Source: Aplysia californica (taxonomy: Eukaryota). Taken from it: a DNA stretch of 64,000 nt. How positions within the stretch are numbered: position 1 is the stretch's first letter; each line of letters opens with the position of its first letter. The notes below the pieces were generated by a model. It did no database searches and was not told the origin of the DNA. It worked only from the letters and a program-made list of their open reading frames with translations. The stretch lies in contig NW_004797313.1 of NCBI RefSeq assembly GCF_000002075.1, positions 1,689,455-1,753,454 of the forward strand, given 5' to 3'. The position numbers and the translations under genes are program-made. This document shows positions 10,879 through 24,100 of this stretch, in pieces.

Positions 10879-13800
10879 GTAAGTTCTTTTCTTATCTGAG
10901 ACCATTGTAGCTCTATTGTAGTTTATGACATTTATGTGCAACAAGTTGGCCTAATAGCCACATTTCACCAAAAATAGATTAGGATTGTCACAGGGCTGAA
11001 AGAAAGTAGAAGAGCCAGACCATACCCACACCATAGTACCCCTTCACTGCTAGTCTCACGGGAAGTATTTTGCTTAAGGCTTTCCTATCTATACTCTCCT
11101 TGGGCGTCATAACAATTTATATGTAGCAATATCACAAAATTAGTCACTTTTCACACGTTTTGATCATGGAGCTATAAAACTGGTTTCAAAACAAAAAGGT
11201 GTTTGTAAATCCAACAAGATAATATAAAAGTTTCTCATATCTGGTTCTATCTGATCTTCATGATTTGAGCACAAAAAGTATGAAGATGTGCAGTATTCAG
11301 AAAATACAGTTCGGAGTTAATAAGCTTACAGACCCTGATTGAAACGAATTGGACATACACAAAGTAGACCGTTAACGCAAAATGGGTAAAATTATTATGT
11401 CTTACCAAGGAGGGAAATGAAATCATATTTCAGATCATGTTAACCTTTACACCACCAGATATTTTCAGTCCTGACTTCCCTGTGGCGCATATAATACTGG
11501 AGTCCTCTACTCCTCAAGCCCAGCCAATTCTGATTACGCCTGCATTTTATTTGTCAACATTTTTTTTTTTTAGTTCTAAAGTGCTTTTGTTTGAAGTTTT
11601 AGAAGATGACATTTAGCATATTTTTCAGAGACAGTTGAACAGATTACAGTAAAACGATGTGACTGAGATTGAGGTGGGAAAATATATTCGACTGGGTCTG
11701 TGGGAAGATGAACTCATCGGGGAAATACACAACTGGGGCTTTAAGGATTGATATACACAAAAGCTAATATCAATCATTCAAGCTTGAAGTTTATCACATG
11801 CATTCGGTTTGCTTTTGTGAGAAGTGACCTATTTGTGTTTTACTGCCTCACATTTGTTAAGTTGGGTCATGAGAATGAAGATGTTGTAGCTGGTATAGTT
11901 TTTGTTGGTATGTCTGTTTTGAATAGCCCATACTTCACTTCAAAAACCTAGAAGCAGTATATTGCTAGTGAAAATCCTGTAGGCCTTCATGTGTGTGCTT
12001 TATTTTTTTCCAGCCCCTTTATTGATGGGCATGATGTTACTACTTGGTTTGACACTGGAGTCGTTCATTTTTCTTCTTTGGTTGTTATAATGTGAACTAT
12101 ATTTTATCATTTTAGTGACAAAATAATTTTTTTTCTATTGAAATTTTATATGATGAAAGATAATAGTTTCTCATTCTTCATCGTTGTAATAATCTTTTAA
12201 AAAATAATTTAATTAAGAATGTTATTTTCCTTTGTTCAATAGAGCTTGCTTGTATTTTTGTGTGACCCTGTTTTGAAGAATGTCTGCATAGTAATAAATA
12301 GTTAATCATGCGCTTTGCATTGTTTCATTGTATCACACGTTTAGTTTGATAGGTGTTTTTGCATTTGATGTCCAAAATTTATCTTAACTACTCAGCTGTT
12401 TTGTAGATGATTCTACAAAGCCTATGTAGTCTGTCACTTTTCAACTATACAGGCTGTCACTTTAAGATTTAGGAAAGATGCAAACTTTCATGAGACCCAA
12501 AACTGTTTCTTATTGCAATGAAATGTAACTAAGAAACTGCCAAGAACATGTGTCATGTTAATGAACAAGAATTTCCATACAACTTTTTTCAAATAAAGAG
12601 ATTATTGTCAAGTCACAATTTTATTATTATTCTGTCTTAAATGTGGTAAATAGGGAATACCATTGTTAAAATTACCTCTTTTGTGGTCAGATTGATTCCG
12701 AAGTGGCACTTGTCACTATATGACACTGTTGGTTGGCAAACTTTGCCTGCTCACAGAGGTTTGTTTTCATCTGAGTGGGGTCTTGAGTTTTTTCTCGTCC
12801 GTCCTATTACATTTTTCTTCCCCATCTGGCATCATAATGGGGGAACAAGCACTCCATCTTCTGGCTGACCTAAATTGTTCATAGTAAGGAGTAAAGCAAC
12901 ATTTTATGATCTCATCCAAAGTAACAAAATGAGAGAGTGCTCATTTAAAGCTATCCAAGCTCAGCCACCATGTTCGGCTTAAGGTTCCTTTTTAATCAGA
13001 GTCAAAATTATGATACGTTACTATTACTGGTACAGTTACTGTTCTGCATATTAAATATTCTCCCATGTTGCACCTATTTGAAAGGGCGCCTCTGGATCTC
13101 CTATTCTACCGCTCTTTCAGTGCATTGTTTTTATGCAAATATTTGTGCTGTGACCTTGTCTTCTGTCACGGAAATGGTCCTGTTTTTAAGGCAAACCACC
13201 CTATTCTCTTGTTATGTAAAAATAGCCATAGTCATAAGAATTGGCTTTGTCGTTTGTAGATCCTACAGTAGGCTGATAAAAAAATAAGACATACAAGCCA
13301 TTATGTTTTTCTGATTAGAATGTTTTAACATTTCTCATTCTATCTTTTCTATCTGGCCTGCTCAAATATTGTGTTGAATGTATGTCCAGTTCATATTTTT
13401 CACTTCATTATTCCCTTTTTTAAATTCGTATTGATAAAGGAATCCGTTTCATTCTCATTACATTACCATACATTTCGAAAGACATGCTGCTGAAGAAATT
13501 TGATATGTAATTTCATCCCTTGTCGTCAAATATTTGTTCATGCACCAGATGTTGAAAACCATTTCCCGCAGCTTTTGCTCGACAGTAAACAAAATTGCTA
13601 TCATTTTATGCGGGTAATTCGATCCCAATGAAATTCCCTTTCAGTCATTTACTCACTGAAACCGTGTTGTCAGAAGTGTGAAGTTTAAAATTCATGCGTT
13701 GTGCATTAAGCTACATTGTTGTTAGATGTTACAGGTGTATCCTTTAACAGGTGATCTTTGTTAGACTACTGATGAGGGGTTTTTGAGCACATTTAACCTG

Positions 13801-15085
13801 TCTCCTTTAGATCATGTTTTTCTCAAAACTCTATGACTTGCATATTATCAAACCAACGACAATCAAACAGGGGTATGCCTCAGTGTACAATGATACTATA
13901 ACCAGACTAATGCGGCTGCTTGTATGTGCTGATTCATTCCTGGGCTCTTAAGGCTTCTGTTACAACCATTGAAAGATTTTTATTGTCATGGACATCGATA
14001 TGTTATTCAAAATAAATATAGATCTAGTTTAATAAATGTCGGTTCTAGTGATCCTTTGTCACTTTGGCAAATTCTGCATTAACATTCTTGCCTTTCAACA
14101 TGAAGACATCTGACTTAAAGTCCACTCTTGTCAAATCTGGGCTTGATATTTTCTCTTCAGTTTCTGAAAATGTCTCTTCAAGCTTATTATATCTGCCTTT
14201 GTTTTATCAAAAGGAAGGTATTTTTCAGATGCTTACTTTAATAATAATAATAATAATAAATAGAATTTGTATAGCGCATATCCCCGCTCAACTGCAGGCT
14301 CTATGCGCTTTACACTATATTATTACCCCAGCCGACCACAGGACACTCCGAAACATTCTCAGCTTCCCGGGAAGCATACAGTGCAAGCAGCTGATTAAGC
14401 GCTCAAACACTAACAAACTGACAAGATCTTTCGCTGTCTATAGCCGGGTACCCATTCCCACCTGGGTGAAGTGAGGAAAATTCGTGTAAAGTGCCTTTCC
14501 CAAGGACACAACGTCGGGCCCCTGACGGGATTCGAACCCACGACCTTACGGTTTCGAGTCCGAGAGACTGACCACTAGGCCACACTTTCCTAATACAATG
14601 ATTTGACTCGCTGACTGTCCGTTAGTTCAACGGTTACCAATGTCTGATTCTAATGGGTGTCCTGAGGGGAAATAAGCAGTGCAGTGTGCGTTTTGTTGGA
14701 AGTTCAAGTCATTAATAAACCCACCGTTAGGCTTACTCACTTACCAGTGTGTCTAAAACAGTTGCAGTATACCCATGCCATTTGCTACCGTGGGGATACC
14801 ATGCTAATGCAAAATCCACAGCATAGTGTTCTTATACTTGGGTTCTGGGTTAGGTTTTGAAGTCTCTTCACATACATGTACGCGGCCCTGTCTTATCCAT
14901 GACAAGCATCTATGGTGTAGCGGTTAGTTGCTTCACCGCCGTACGTAGGAACCGAGTTTGGTTCCCGTGTGGGGAGAATATTTCTCTCATATCTCGGTCT
15001 TTATGTTGGGATGTTGTATCCCTCGATCGGCTGGATTCTGCCCTGACGGGCAGCGTTGAAGCTCGTCTCTTAAATGATGTAATTA

Positions 15086-15139
<54 letters not shown>

Positions 15140-18100
15140 TGTGTCGTTCCCTGACAAGTGTTCCGTTCCCTGACAAGTGTTCCGTTTGAGGTCTGGACCT
15201 TTAAATTGTTGTTTGTGCTGAAACGGGTGACTCCCGCCCCCAACCCTGTCCCGTTCATCGTGCCTCCATCCACCTTTTGCAATGTGTTATCCCATGAACA
15301 TAAAAAGTTTGGGTTTTTAGTTGATACGTTCTATTCTTACAGAATTGGTCTCATTGGCCATAGCAGACGCCACAAGTCATCGTAACCGTTAATTCTTCTA
15401 TTTTGCTTGAGAAATATTCTCCTTGGCCGATGCATTTGTCATCGTCAGACATTGACCGACGAACTGTTAGATTAAATCAGATTCAGTTCTGTGAAGGAAC
15501 GGACCTCCCACCACGAAATGGTCGGTCTATGTTATTACCTGTCATAACCCATTGTCTCACTGATTCGAGGCCCCCGCCTTCACTATGACCATTTCCACTA
15601 AAAAGTATGCAAATTATGGAGGCAGTTTTGGCCCGTTCACGCTCTTCACCACCATAAGTGTAGTCATACTTCGCAGCCTTTGTGACGAGTGGAAATGTTG
15701 CAATAGTCAAGGCAACACCAAATGGACAACTTGTCGACCTCATTACACAGATTCCAAGTTGCGAATTGCTGGAGGGGGGGGGGAGGTCGGCCATGCGCCT
15801 CTGAATTCCAAAAGACCTAAAAATTGTCGAGTTTTGTGCATATGCGACATATAAAGATGTGTTTTCTATATAATCAATAGTGTTAAATTACAGTCTGGGC
15901 GGGGCTCTTTGATAATGACAAGAATGGTAGTTGAGTGTTACTTTTTTTGTTTATTTGACCTATTTTCTTCTTTTGAACTGACTTAGTGTGCCGCAAGACT
16001 GAGTTGTTGTCAGTCCTCCAATTAGTGGGTGACGTTGTGTTTATTTAGATTGACTAATTTATACAATGTTTAAAATTTCTTTCATATCTTCAGTCTTTGA
16101 GACCGCAGGCGTTTCAATTTGTTGTCGCTTTTTTCCACTTAATCACGATGGTTAGATTAATTAGTATACAAACCTCCAAAAAACGTTGCCCTAAAACTGC
16201 TGAACAATTTCTCCATAGAATCTGTTTGCGACCGTCTCTTTTATTCTCCAAAAAAAAATCCCGAAAAAAAGGACAAAACGTGCCGTAGGACCTACCACTA
16301 CCAGGACTACGCTGCTCAGATGGATCAAAGAAGAAGAAAAACAACAAATAACAAATATAAAGCCGCCTAATTCTTCAAATAATACTACTTTCATATTCAG
16401 GTAGGTCGAAAATGTATGTGTAAGGGGTGGGGGGGGGAGGGGTCTGCCTTTGGACTTTATTAGGAGAAGGTGGGCGCCCTGTGACATGCCCATTAGCGCT
16501 TCAGATTTAGCGCTCTGCTGACCCCCGGTTTGGCGTATGACCAAACGCCCCCACCCCACCCACCCCCCTTTAAGCGGAATTTTCTGGCTAATCCCCTGCA
16601 ACGAGAGACCCTGTATTGTTGTGGTTTTAGTATGGTACCGTGTTTGCTATAAAAAGTGCGTGGTGTTAAGTTTAATGAGCAGTTAATTGCTAATGATTAT
16701 ACAGACAGCACCACTTTATTTTGTTGCATGTGCACGAAAATCGAGGGGGGGGTTTAGGTCTTTTAGAATCAGTGGCGGTGGGTGGACCAAAATTTGGGTG
16801 GGGCTTAGGTTGCTTCCACTTCTTTACCACCAAATAGCAAGCAATAAAATAAGGACTGAACAGTGATGATTTTTCTATACTCATGCGGTGAGCCACGGCA
16901 GTTTGAGAAGCATTCAAACGAGAGGATCGAGTTGCCTTTGTTTTCCATCTCTTTGTTGTTAGTTAAATTCTTTTTTGTTGGTGGGGACGAAGCCGATTCA
17001 CCTCCAAATTTCCTCTAATTAGTTTTCGTGTGATGAAAAAAGTTGCCTTAAAAGTAGTTCGACCTGATTCATAACTGTTAAATCTCAGCGGCTCAAACAC
17101 AAACATGGACACACAGCACTTCAAACATAATACTTCTATGAGTTGGATTAGGCAGTATAGTCAAAAAGTTGAACGCACCCAACAATGAACCAATGGGGGA
17201 CTGGGAAAGCCAAGGCGCATTGGTATCTGTGTCAGTAGGGGAAAATGTGTCATAATTTATCACCCCATTGTCAGGGCTAGGAGAGCGTGAGCCCTCGGTA
17301 CAGTGTTATTTGTTCCCAGTCGTCTACCTTTTTACAAGAAGAGTTTCATTAAGGACGGGTTGTGGGAAAAAGGTCTTATCTTCGCTCAGCCCTAGAGACA
17401 TTTGCTTGGCTGCTGGATTACTATAGTTGTAAGCGGTGACAACACTGATTGGATAAGCGAGCAAGCCGCCAAGTTGATCACTCTGTGTTCATTGCGTGCT
17501 GTCATAACGGTTTCAACTGCTTATTTCATTATGGAGAAACTTTCATTTACTTTGGGATAGAGTTGGGGGTGGTGGGCGGAGAAGGGATAGGGGCTCAAGC
17601 CCGTGAGCACTTCAATACCCACCGTCACTGTTTAGAATTCATAAGCGCATGCAAAAAGTCAAAGCAATTGGCCACTTCGATTCGGTGTAATGAGATCGAC
17701 AAGTTGTCCATTTTGTGTTGCCCAGACTATAGATGTATGCGCGGGACCTATGGGCATTACTTCCCTACTGATGGGTTGCCACTTGTACAACTTAATAAGA
17801 CTAGCGTCGGGGTAGCATCTTGTCCATGTACCATAAACTTGTAATAGAATGTTCTAGATCGTGCACTCTGACGTAGTTCCGGATCATTATGGGGCCCTCC
17901 ATTAAATGTTGACATCTGTTTGGAGCCAAATAAAGGGCACGGTGGAAAAGGCATTGCGCACACGAGACTATTGCATGAATGCTGTTTTGTCTTTCATTTG
18001 GGCGCCCGTGGTGTGCACGCTTAGCTGCGAAGTTATTATGGAGAGCAAAGAGTGACAGCCATGACAGTATACGGTCTAGGCTAGTAGAATTCAAATCCAT

Positions 18101-21100
18101 ACTAGGATTTGCTTTTCCATCTGTAACTCTCAGCTCCGAGCAGGTGTTTGTGTAGCTAGGAATGTGCTTCTGTATCCTCATAGTGAATGGGCCTGCCTTC
18201 CAAATGTTCTATTTATAACTAGTGGAACTCTAGACTCAAACATATAAACACACAATAAAAGCAGTGTTCTCCATAGCGATAAAAGCCTCCTGTTTAAAGG
18301 GAACCGAAGTCCTGTGGCTACTGAATATTTTTGACTCTCAAAAAAGGTACATTATTATTGTATCTTTCCTCCTCTTTAAAAGCCTGTTTGTCACTGTTCT
18401 CTCTCTATACTGAGAAAGTTCACCATCAGTATTCTGTTAGAGCACAAGAATGCTCTTCATCAACGCAGAGATCTGTTATCACTGGTTGTCATAGAGACCA
18501 GAATGCGCCAGCCACTGCACTGTGATGTAGTCGATTAATGGACAATATAATAAGCCAACAGGCTGGAGGTCTGGGTTCGAATCTAAATGAGGTCCTAGTT
18601 TTGATTGGAATCCTTTTCCTGGCGGCGGTATGATTTCACTACGCTGTAAATTATTTGCCACGCATTTAATACAGTGAAAATCATTACCGAAAAAAAAGAA
18701 GAAACTTAAAATGAAGTCTATGCATTTAGTAAGCAGGTGCTGGCGGGTATTCAAGCGGTGCCTTCTCACAATAAAACATAGCTCCGCTACATTTTGGAAT
18801 CAAAGTGTGTTAGCTCTAGTGCGGACGAATGACCATTTACCCGGATATTGCCTGTCTCCTCGCAAAGAAAACGCGACCCGTTGTAACAATGTTTGTTATT
18901 TGAGCTAACCAAAAACGTTCAAACATAGCCTGCTTAAAGTGAGCTTCATGTCATTTGGCGACGTTAGAGCATGCACTTTCCTAAGCTCTCTGAGAAAGTA
19001 CAGTCGATCACCTGTACAGTCTGCCACTTCCTACTTCCTCCCTTGTGTAATTTTAAAATACATTTTTATGACACTGTGTAAGGTGACCTCATCGTCAATG
19101 CGTCGCCTCAGAACTATTTTGTCCAAAGTGTACTTAAGTAAGGAGGCACTTTTGACAAAATAGTTCTGAGGCGACGAATGGCTGGCTGTCTTAGTCTTAA
19201 ACACTTTCGGCTGCATTGGGCCTGGATTGTTTGTCTTGGCCTCGAAAGAGGGGAGCAATTGACCCTGTTTCGTGTGGGCGAATAATAAGTAAGATCAGGT
19301 AAATGATGTCAACGCTATGATGCGTTGCGCATTGGAAAGCGTCCCCCCCCCCCCCCCCCGACAATTTCACTGATGTGGTTCTTTTTTTATCCATTTGCGT
19401 TGTGCTTTCAAAGATCCGACATTAATTCGAGAAGGGGGCATTAATTAGCTGAACACTCACCCCTGCCCTCCCCGCCCCACCCCGTGGCTTTCTCGTTTTC
19501 TTTACTTCTAGTGCGTGTTTGGTTGGGTTTGTTTGTTTGTTTTTATTCTCACAGGTTCTTTATGCATCACGTGGTCATTGTTGTACAAGTGTAATTTTAT
19601 TTCTATCCGACTCTTTCGTTTATGAAGTGTTAACCAGTCAGATTTTATACTAGACTAGGCAAAATTGAGGTAATCAAAGACTGTGTGGACACAGGCATAG
19701 AGGGAAAAGGTATCCCTAAAAGTACGAGAAAATTGCGGACCCACACTCAGTTTCGAATGCCAAACCTCGTTCGGGNNNNNNNNNNNNNNNNNNNNNNNNN
19801 NNNNNNNNNNNNNNNNNNNNNNNNNNNNNNNNNNNNNNNNNNNNNNNNNNNNNNNNNNNNNNNNNNNNNNNNNNNNNNNNNNNNNNNNNNNNNNNNNNNN
19901 NNNNNNNNNNNNNNNNNNNNNNNNNNNNNNNNNNNNNNNNNNNNNNNNNNNNNNNNNNNNNNNNNNNNNNNNNNNNNNNNNNNNNNNNNNNNNNNNNNNN
20001 NNNNNNNNNNNNNNNNNNNNNNNNNNNNNNNNNNNNNNNNNNNNNNNNNNNNNNNNNNNNNNNNNNNNNNNNNNNNNNNNNNNNNNNNNNNNCGCGCACA
20101 CGTCCCTATAATGGAGGTGATACAGCTCATTTGCTTCTTTTTTTTTCGAACTCATTGTACTTTATGTGCACCATTTCCTTCTGTCCTAATCAGCTCTTTC
20201 CTTGGATGGAGGACCCTGTCTAGCTACCAGAGCTCAGCTTATTGCTATCAAAAGATCAGGAGTAACCCGTGTGGCCGGCCTGTAGCCCGGGCCGCGCTAT
20301 CATCTCGCCTGCTGACGTGCGCCAGTTCGGTGGTGAGCCACCCCTCCGGGATAAGAACGTATTCCACAAAGGGCCCCTGGGATTGGGAGTCCTGGGACTC
20401 CGATAAGTTTGCCCATGGCATTAATGACCTTTTGAGCGAAACCGAAGCTTTGGTGGCTCCGTTTGACGTTCACGATATCGGACCCCTGAGACTAAAGGGG
20501 TAAGAGACTGGAGCTCTAGGAGTCCTTCTATATCACTCTTGTGAGGCTTGTGTATCTTTCTCTCCTGTGCAGAATCCATGTGGCCTTCCCAGCCCTAATT
20601 GCTGTGTAGCGCCAGTGTGCTCTAATATTATCTTCTAAATCTCCCTACCCTAAACATGCATTTGTTCAGCTGATGCCTTCATGTTGTCTTTCACTAACAA
20701 TTCATTTTTAGGTAAAGCAGAGGCTCATGGGCGATACATTTATTGTACTCTGGCTCTGCTGCATATTTATATTTTCAAATAAATCCAAGTTAATAGTTGT
20801 TGATGATGCATGCATCTTGCGTAACAAACACACTTCCACTTCTTCAAGGGGCATTTTAAGAATTTTACAACTACATTCAGGAGAGTCTGTAAGAAGGAAT
20901 GTTCGGCACAGCTTATGGAAATACTCATTATTCATACAGGTTAAAATCAGAACATTCATGCATAGGTCATGTTTCTGGCTTGTTACAGGTAGCGTGTCTT
21001 TTTGAACATTTTGAAATAAACAAACAAAAACAAAAAACTTTTACAACTTTTAAGCTCTACAGATTTTCCACTACTCCAATATCATTTTTTTAAAGTTAAG

Positions 21101-24100
21101 AAAGACTTTAGAGTTTACCTATTGCAGACTTTGGTTTTATGACTTGTAACGGCAGTTATTAGTGGATTTTTTAAAGTCATCACATTGAGGTTTGGGTCCT
21201 TTCGCACAATGTCACTCACAATTAACTGTTGGATAAATGGCAACTCGGTGGATGGGGCAAAGGTGTTGTTTTCTTTCCTATAGCCACACCCCCCCCCCCC
21301 CCAAAGCATCAGAGTGTTTTGTTTGGGGGTTGTTTTTTTTCGATTGTTTTCACCCTACTTAACACAAGGAGCTCATTTTGAAGGTGGAATACTTGACCCT
21401 GTGGCGAGAGTGAGGAAGGAAGAAGGTGGAGATGATACATTAATTTGTACATGCCTCTAGGAGTGATGTCAATTCTGTGCATCTGAGCCATAATGTTGAT
21501 GTTTCTTAATTAGCCTTTAGATGGTGTGGTCATTCCACTGGTGTACAGTAGGTCTGACCCCCTTGCACTTTCCCTCTTCCTCTTCAAGGGAGTGGGGGGG
21601 GGGGTATATCAGAGTGTCTTTCCCTGAATTGTGTGCAAGAAGTTTTCAAGTGAACATTCTGATCTGCATGTTGTGTGTACCTGGATTCCGCCAATGAAAA
21701 GTTGAAGTTTCACCATAATAGTATATATCTATTTTGCCTGTTTTGGTCGTTTTCTCAGTCAGATTCAGATTGCTTTCATCTCAGAGACAAAGTTACCAGT
21801 TTTCTTCACTTCTGAATAAAAGAGCAGAATTGAGGAATAAGATTCTCTTGTTGATTTAAAATGTGTCAATCGGGACATAAAAACAGCTGCATTAAAAAAA
21901 AGATTTTCTGTAATGGAAACGTCCTTTAGATTTTCTGTTTTAGCTCTTCCTTTAGGATAGAAATTAGGTCAACAGGCGGAAGGAACATTAGTGTAGCTTG
22001 TCTACAAGTTTGTTGGCTATTATGGTTTCTCTTTCCGTGATCAATACTCCACTTCTGGGAACTAGTGCACAGTATAACTCTCTCTTTTGTCACACACATT
22101 TACCTCATAGGTCGATAAAATGTACTTGAGACTTTACAGGCGTGCAAAAGTCATCAAGATATCTTCTCTCAGAAAAAGTTACATGCTAAAATATCAGTTG
22201 TGTTTTATAGTACTTTGAACAATGAAGAATTACTCCTGGCTCCACTTGTGGGGTTGCATCTTTGGTGCCGCAGAATACAGGACAAAGGCTGATAACGACT
22301 CTCCATTAATAAAGAGCTAATGTAACCATCTCCCCCCCCCATCTCTTTTGCTGTAGTAGAATAAAAAACTATTCACTTATTATTACAATATATATTTGCA
22401 TCAAAGTAGATTAGTCCAGCATGGTCCTTACAGGCTAGTGGGATTTAAAAGTCTGTGTAAACTTGTCGCTGTCATCTGACACACTCGCACATACTTGACC
22501 TCTCTGTGGTTTTTGTTGGGTTTTGTTTTTCTCCATATTATAAATGCTTTTCTCACTCCATATCACTCATATACGCATGCACCTGCTTTATTAATTGCTC
22601 ATTCACAGGATTGATTACGAAATGTTCCAAAGATAGGTAGACATTTCTATTTGGGAAACACTAAAAATCAGTGCTTTTTTGTAATTTTAAATCAGTACAT
22701 GGTTTGAGCTACATGTGACCCATAATAAAAACTGCATACTTACTTTTGGAACACCGTGTATATACTCTAATGTGCTTCATACTCATGTACAGAGCTAATG
22801 GCTTTCAGATTTTTTTTAAGCTTTTAGTCTCATTGAACGCTCTTTTTTAATACAACGCAGCCATGGAGAATTTCTTATTCTCTTTTTGACAAAAGCAGAG
22901 CTGAAATGAACAGGCCTCTCTGTGTTTTTGTATTTTGTCATTCAATTATGATCATTCTTTTGTAGACAGTAACTGAAAGCTATATATTGGTGTTTTCACT
23001 TTGCACTAAAGCTTTTGCAATATTTGTGTGTGCTCTTGATTATTGTTTTAGTAGCTGTACTCATAATTTCCCTTTTTTTTGCATATTATGCTGGTGATTT
23101 TTGTTGATATTAATTTTAGAGTTTTGCCATGAGACATGATTGTTAAGAGCCCTCCTCCTCCTCCTCTTCTTCCTCCTCCACCTCATCCTCTTCCTCTTCC
23201 TCCTTTTTGTTCTTTATCCACTTTCAAGTTCAGGATTTCTGAAGTGCTCCGCTAGCTCTGTTGATGAGGTGCTGGACTGCAGTGCAAAATACTGTGGCTC
23301 GTATGCCTAACAGGTCCTTTGTGAGATCTGGTTGTGAGTTCTCACATCTCCACTGACCTGGTTTGGTCTGAACCGTAGCAGAAAATGAGGCTAAATAGGG
23401 GGTCCAACCTCTTCCAATGACAGCGCTGAATCCCATATCAACATTAACTGTTCCTGGCAAAGTGTGACAATTATTGATGCGACTAGTTCTAAGATATTAA
23501 TTGTCCAACACTGCACAGTGGATGTACTGGGTGATTTTTTTTTAAAAACTAAACAACTTTTTTTCTGAATTTCTCACACTAAATTTTTACAAGAATGTTT
23601 CTAATTTGGAACAGATATAATTCTTCCAAAGGGAATTTGTTTGACATAAAATTTGTAAAGAAAAAACTTGTTTTCGAAAACAGAAATGGCTTTCATAAAA
23701 ACCACCTATAAACGCGAAATGCACCAATTTTGGAGATCTTGTAAGGAGAACTATGAAATGATTGGTTTGTTTTTTCCCTTTCTTTTCTTTTAAAAATCTA
23801 ATCTTTCCTTCCCTGTAACATTTAAACAATATTTTTCTTTTCTCTTACAGAGTTTTTAAAAATATTTGTAGAAATCTGAAATTCTGCTCTATATGTCCTT
23901 TTTTGGACTCGACACATTTTAACATGTCGTTCGTAATGTTCAGGGGTAGCCAAACACAAGGATTACACCATGAGTTCTCAAAGCCACACACACTGTACAC
24001 CTTACAGTATGGAGTTGTTTCTAGAGGCAATAGGGGATGGGTGAGGTTGCCCAAATAGACAACATTTGTAGAGTTAACATATCCTGAAAGGTGAATATGG

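Noticed and set aside
13768-13800. Hammerhead ribozyme core (CTGATGA)
   Set aside because: No stem II followed by GAAA.
14510-14587. tRNA gene (good A and B boxes); similar heads near 512, 7140, 14911, 41051 and 58800
   Set aside because: No complete cloverleaf, and each continues into a SINE body or tail.
17801-18181. 126-aa minus ORF with [10 protein letters not shown], resembling the hAT CxxH motif
   Set aside because: One short motif only, with no other transposase signatures recognisable.
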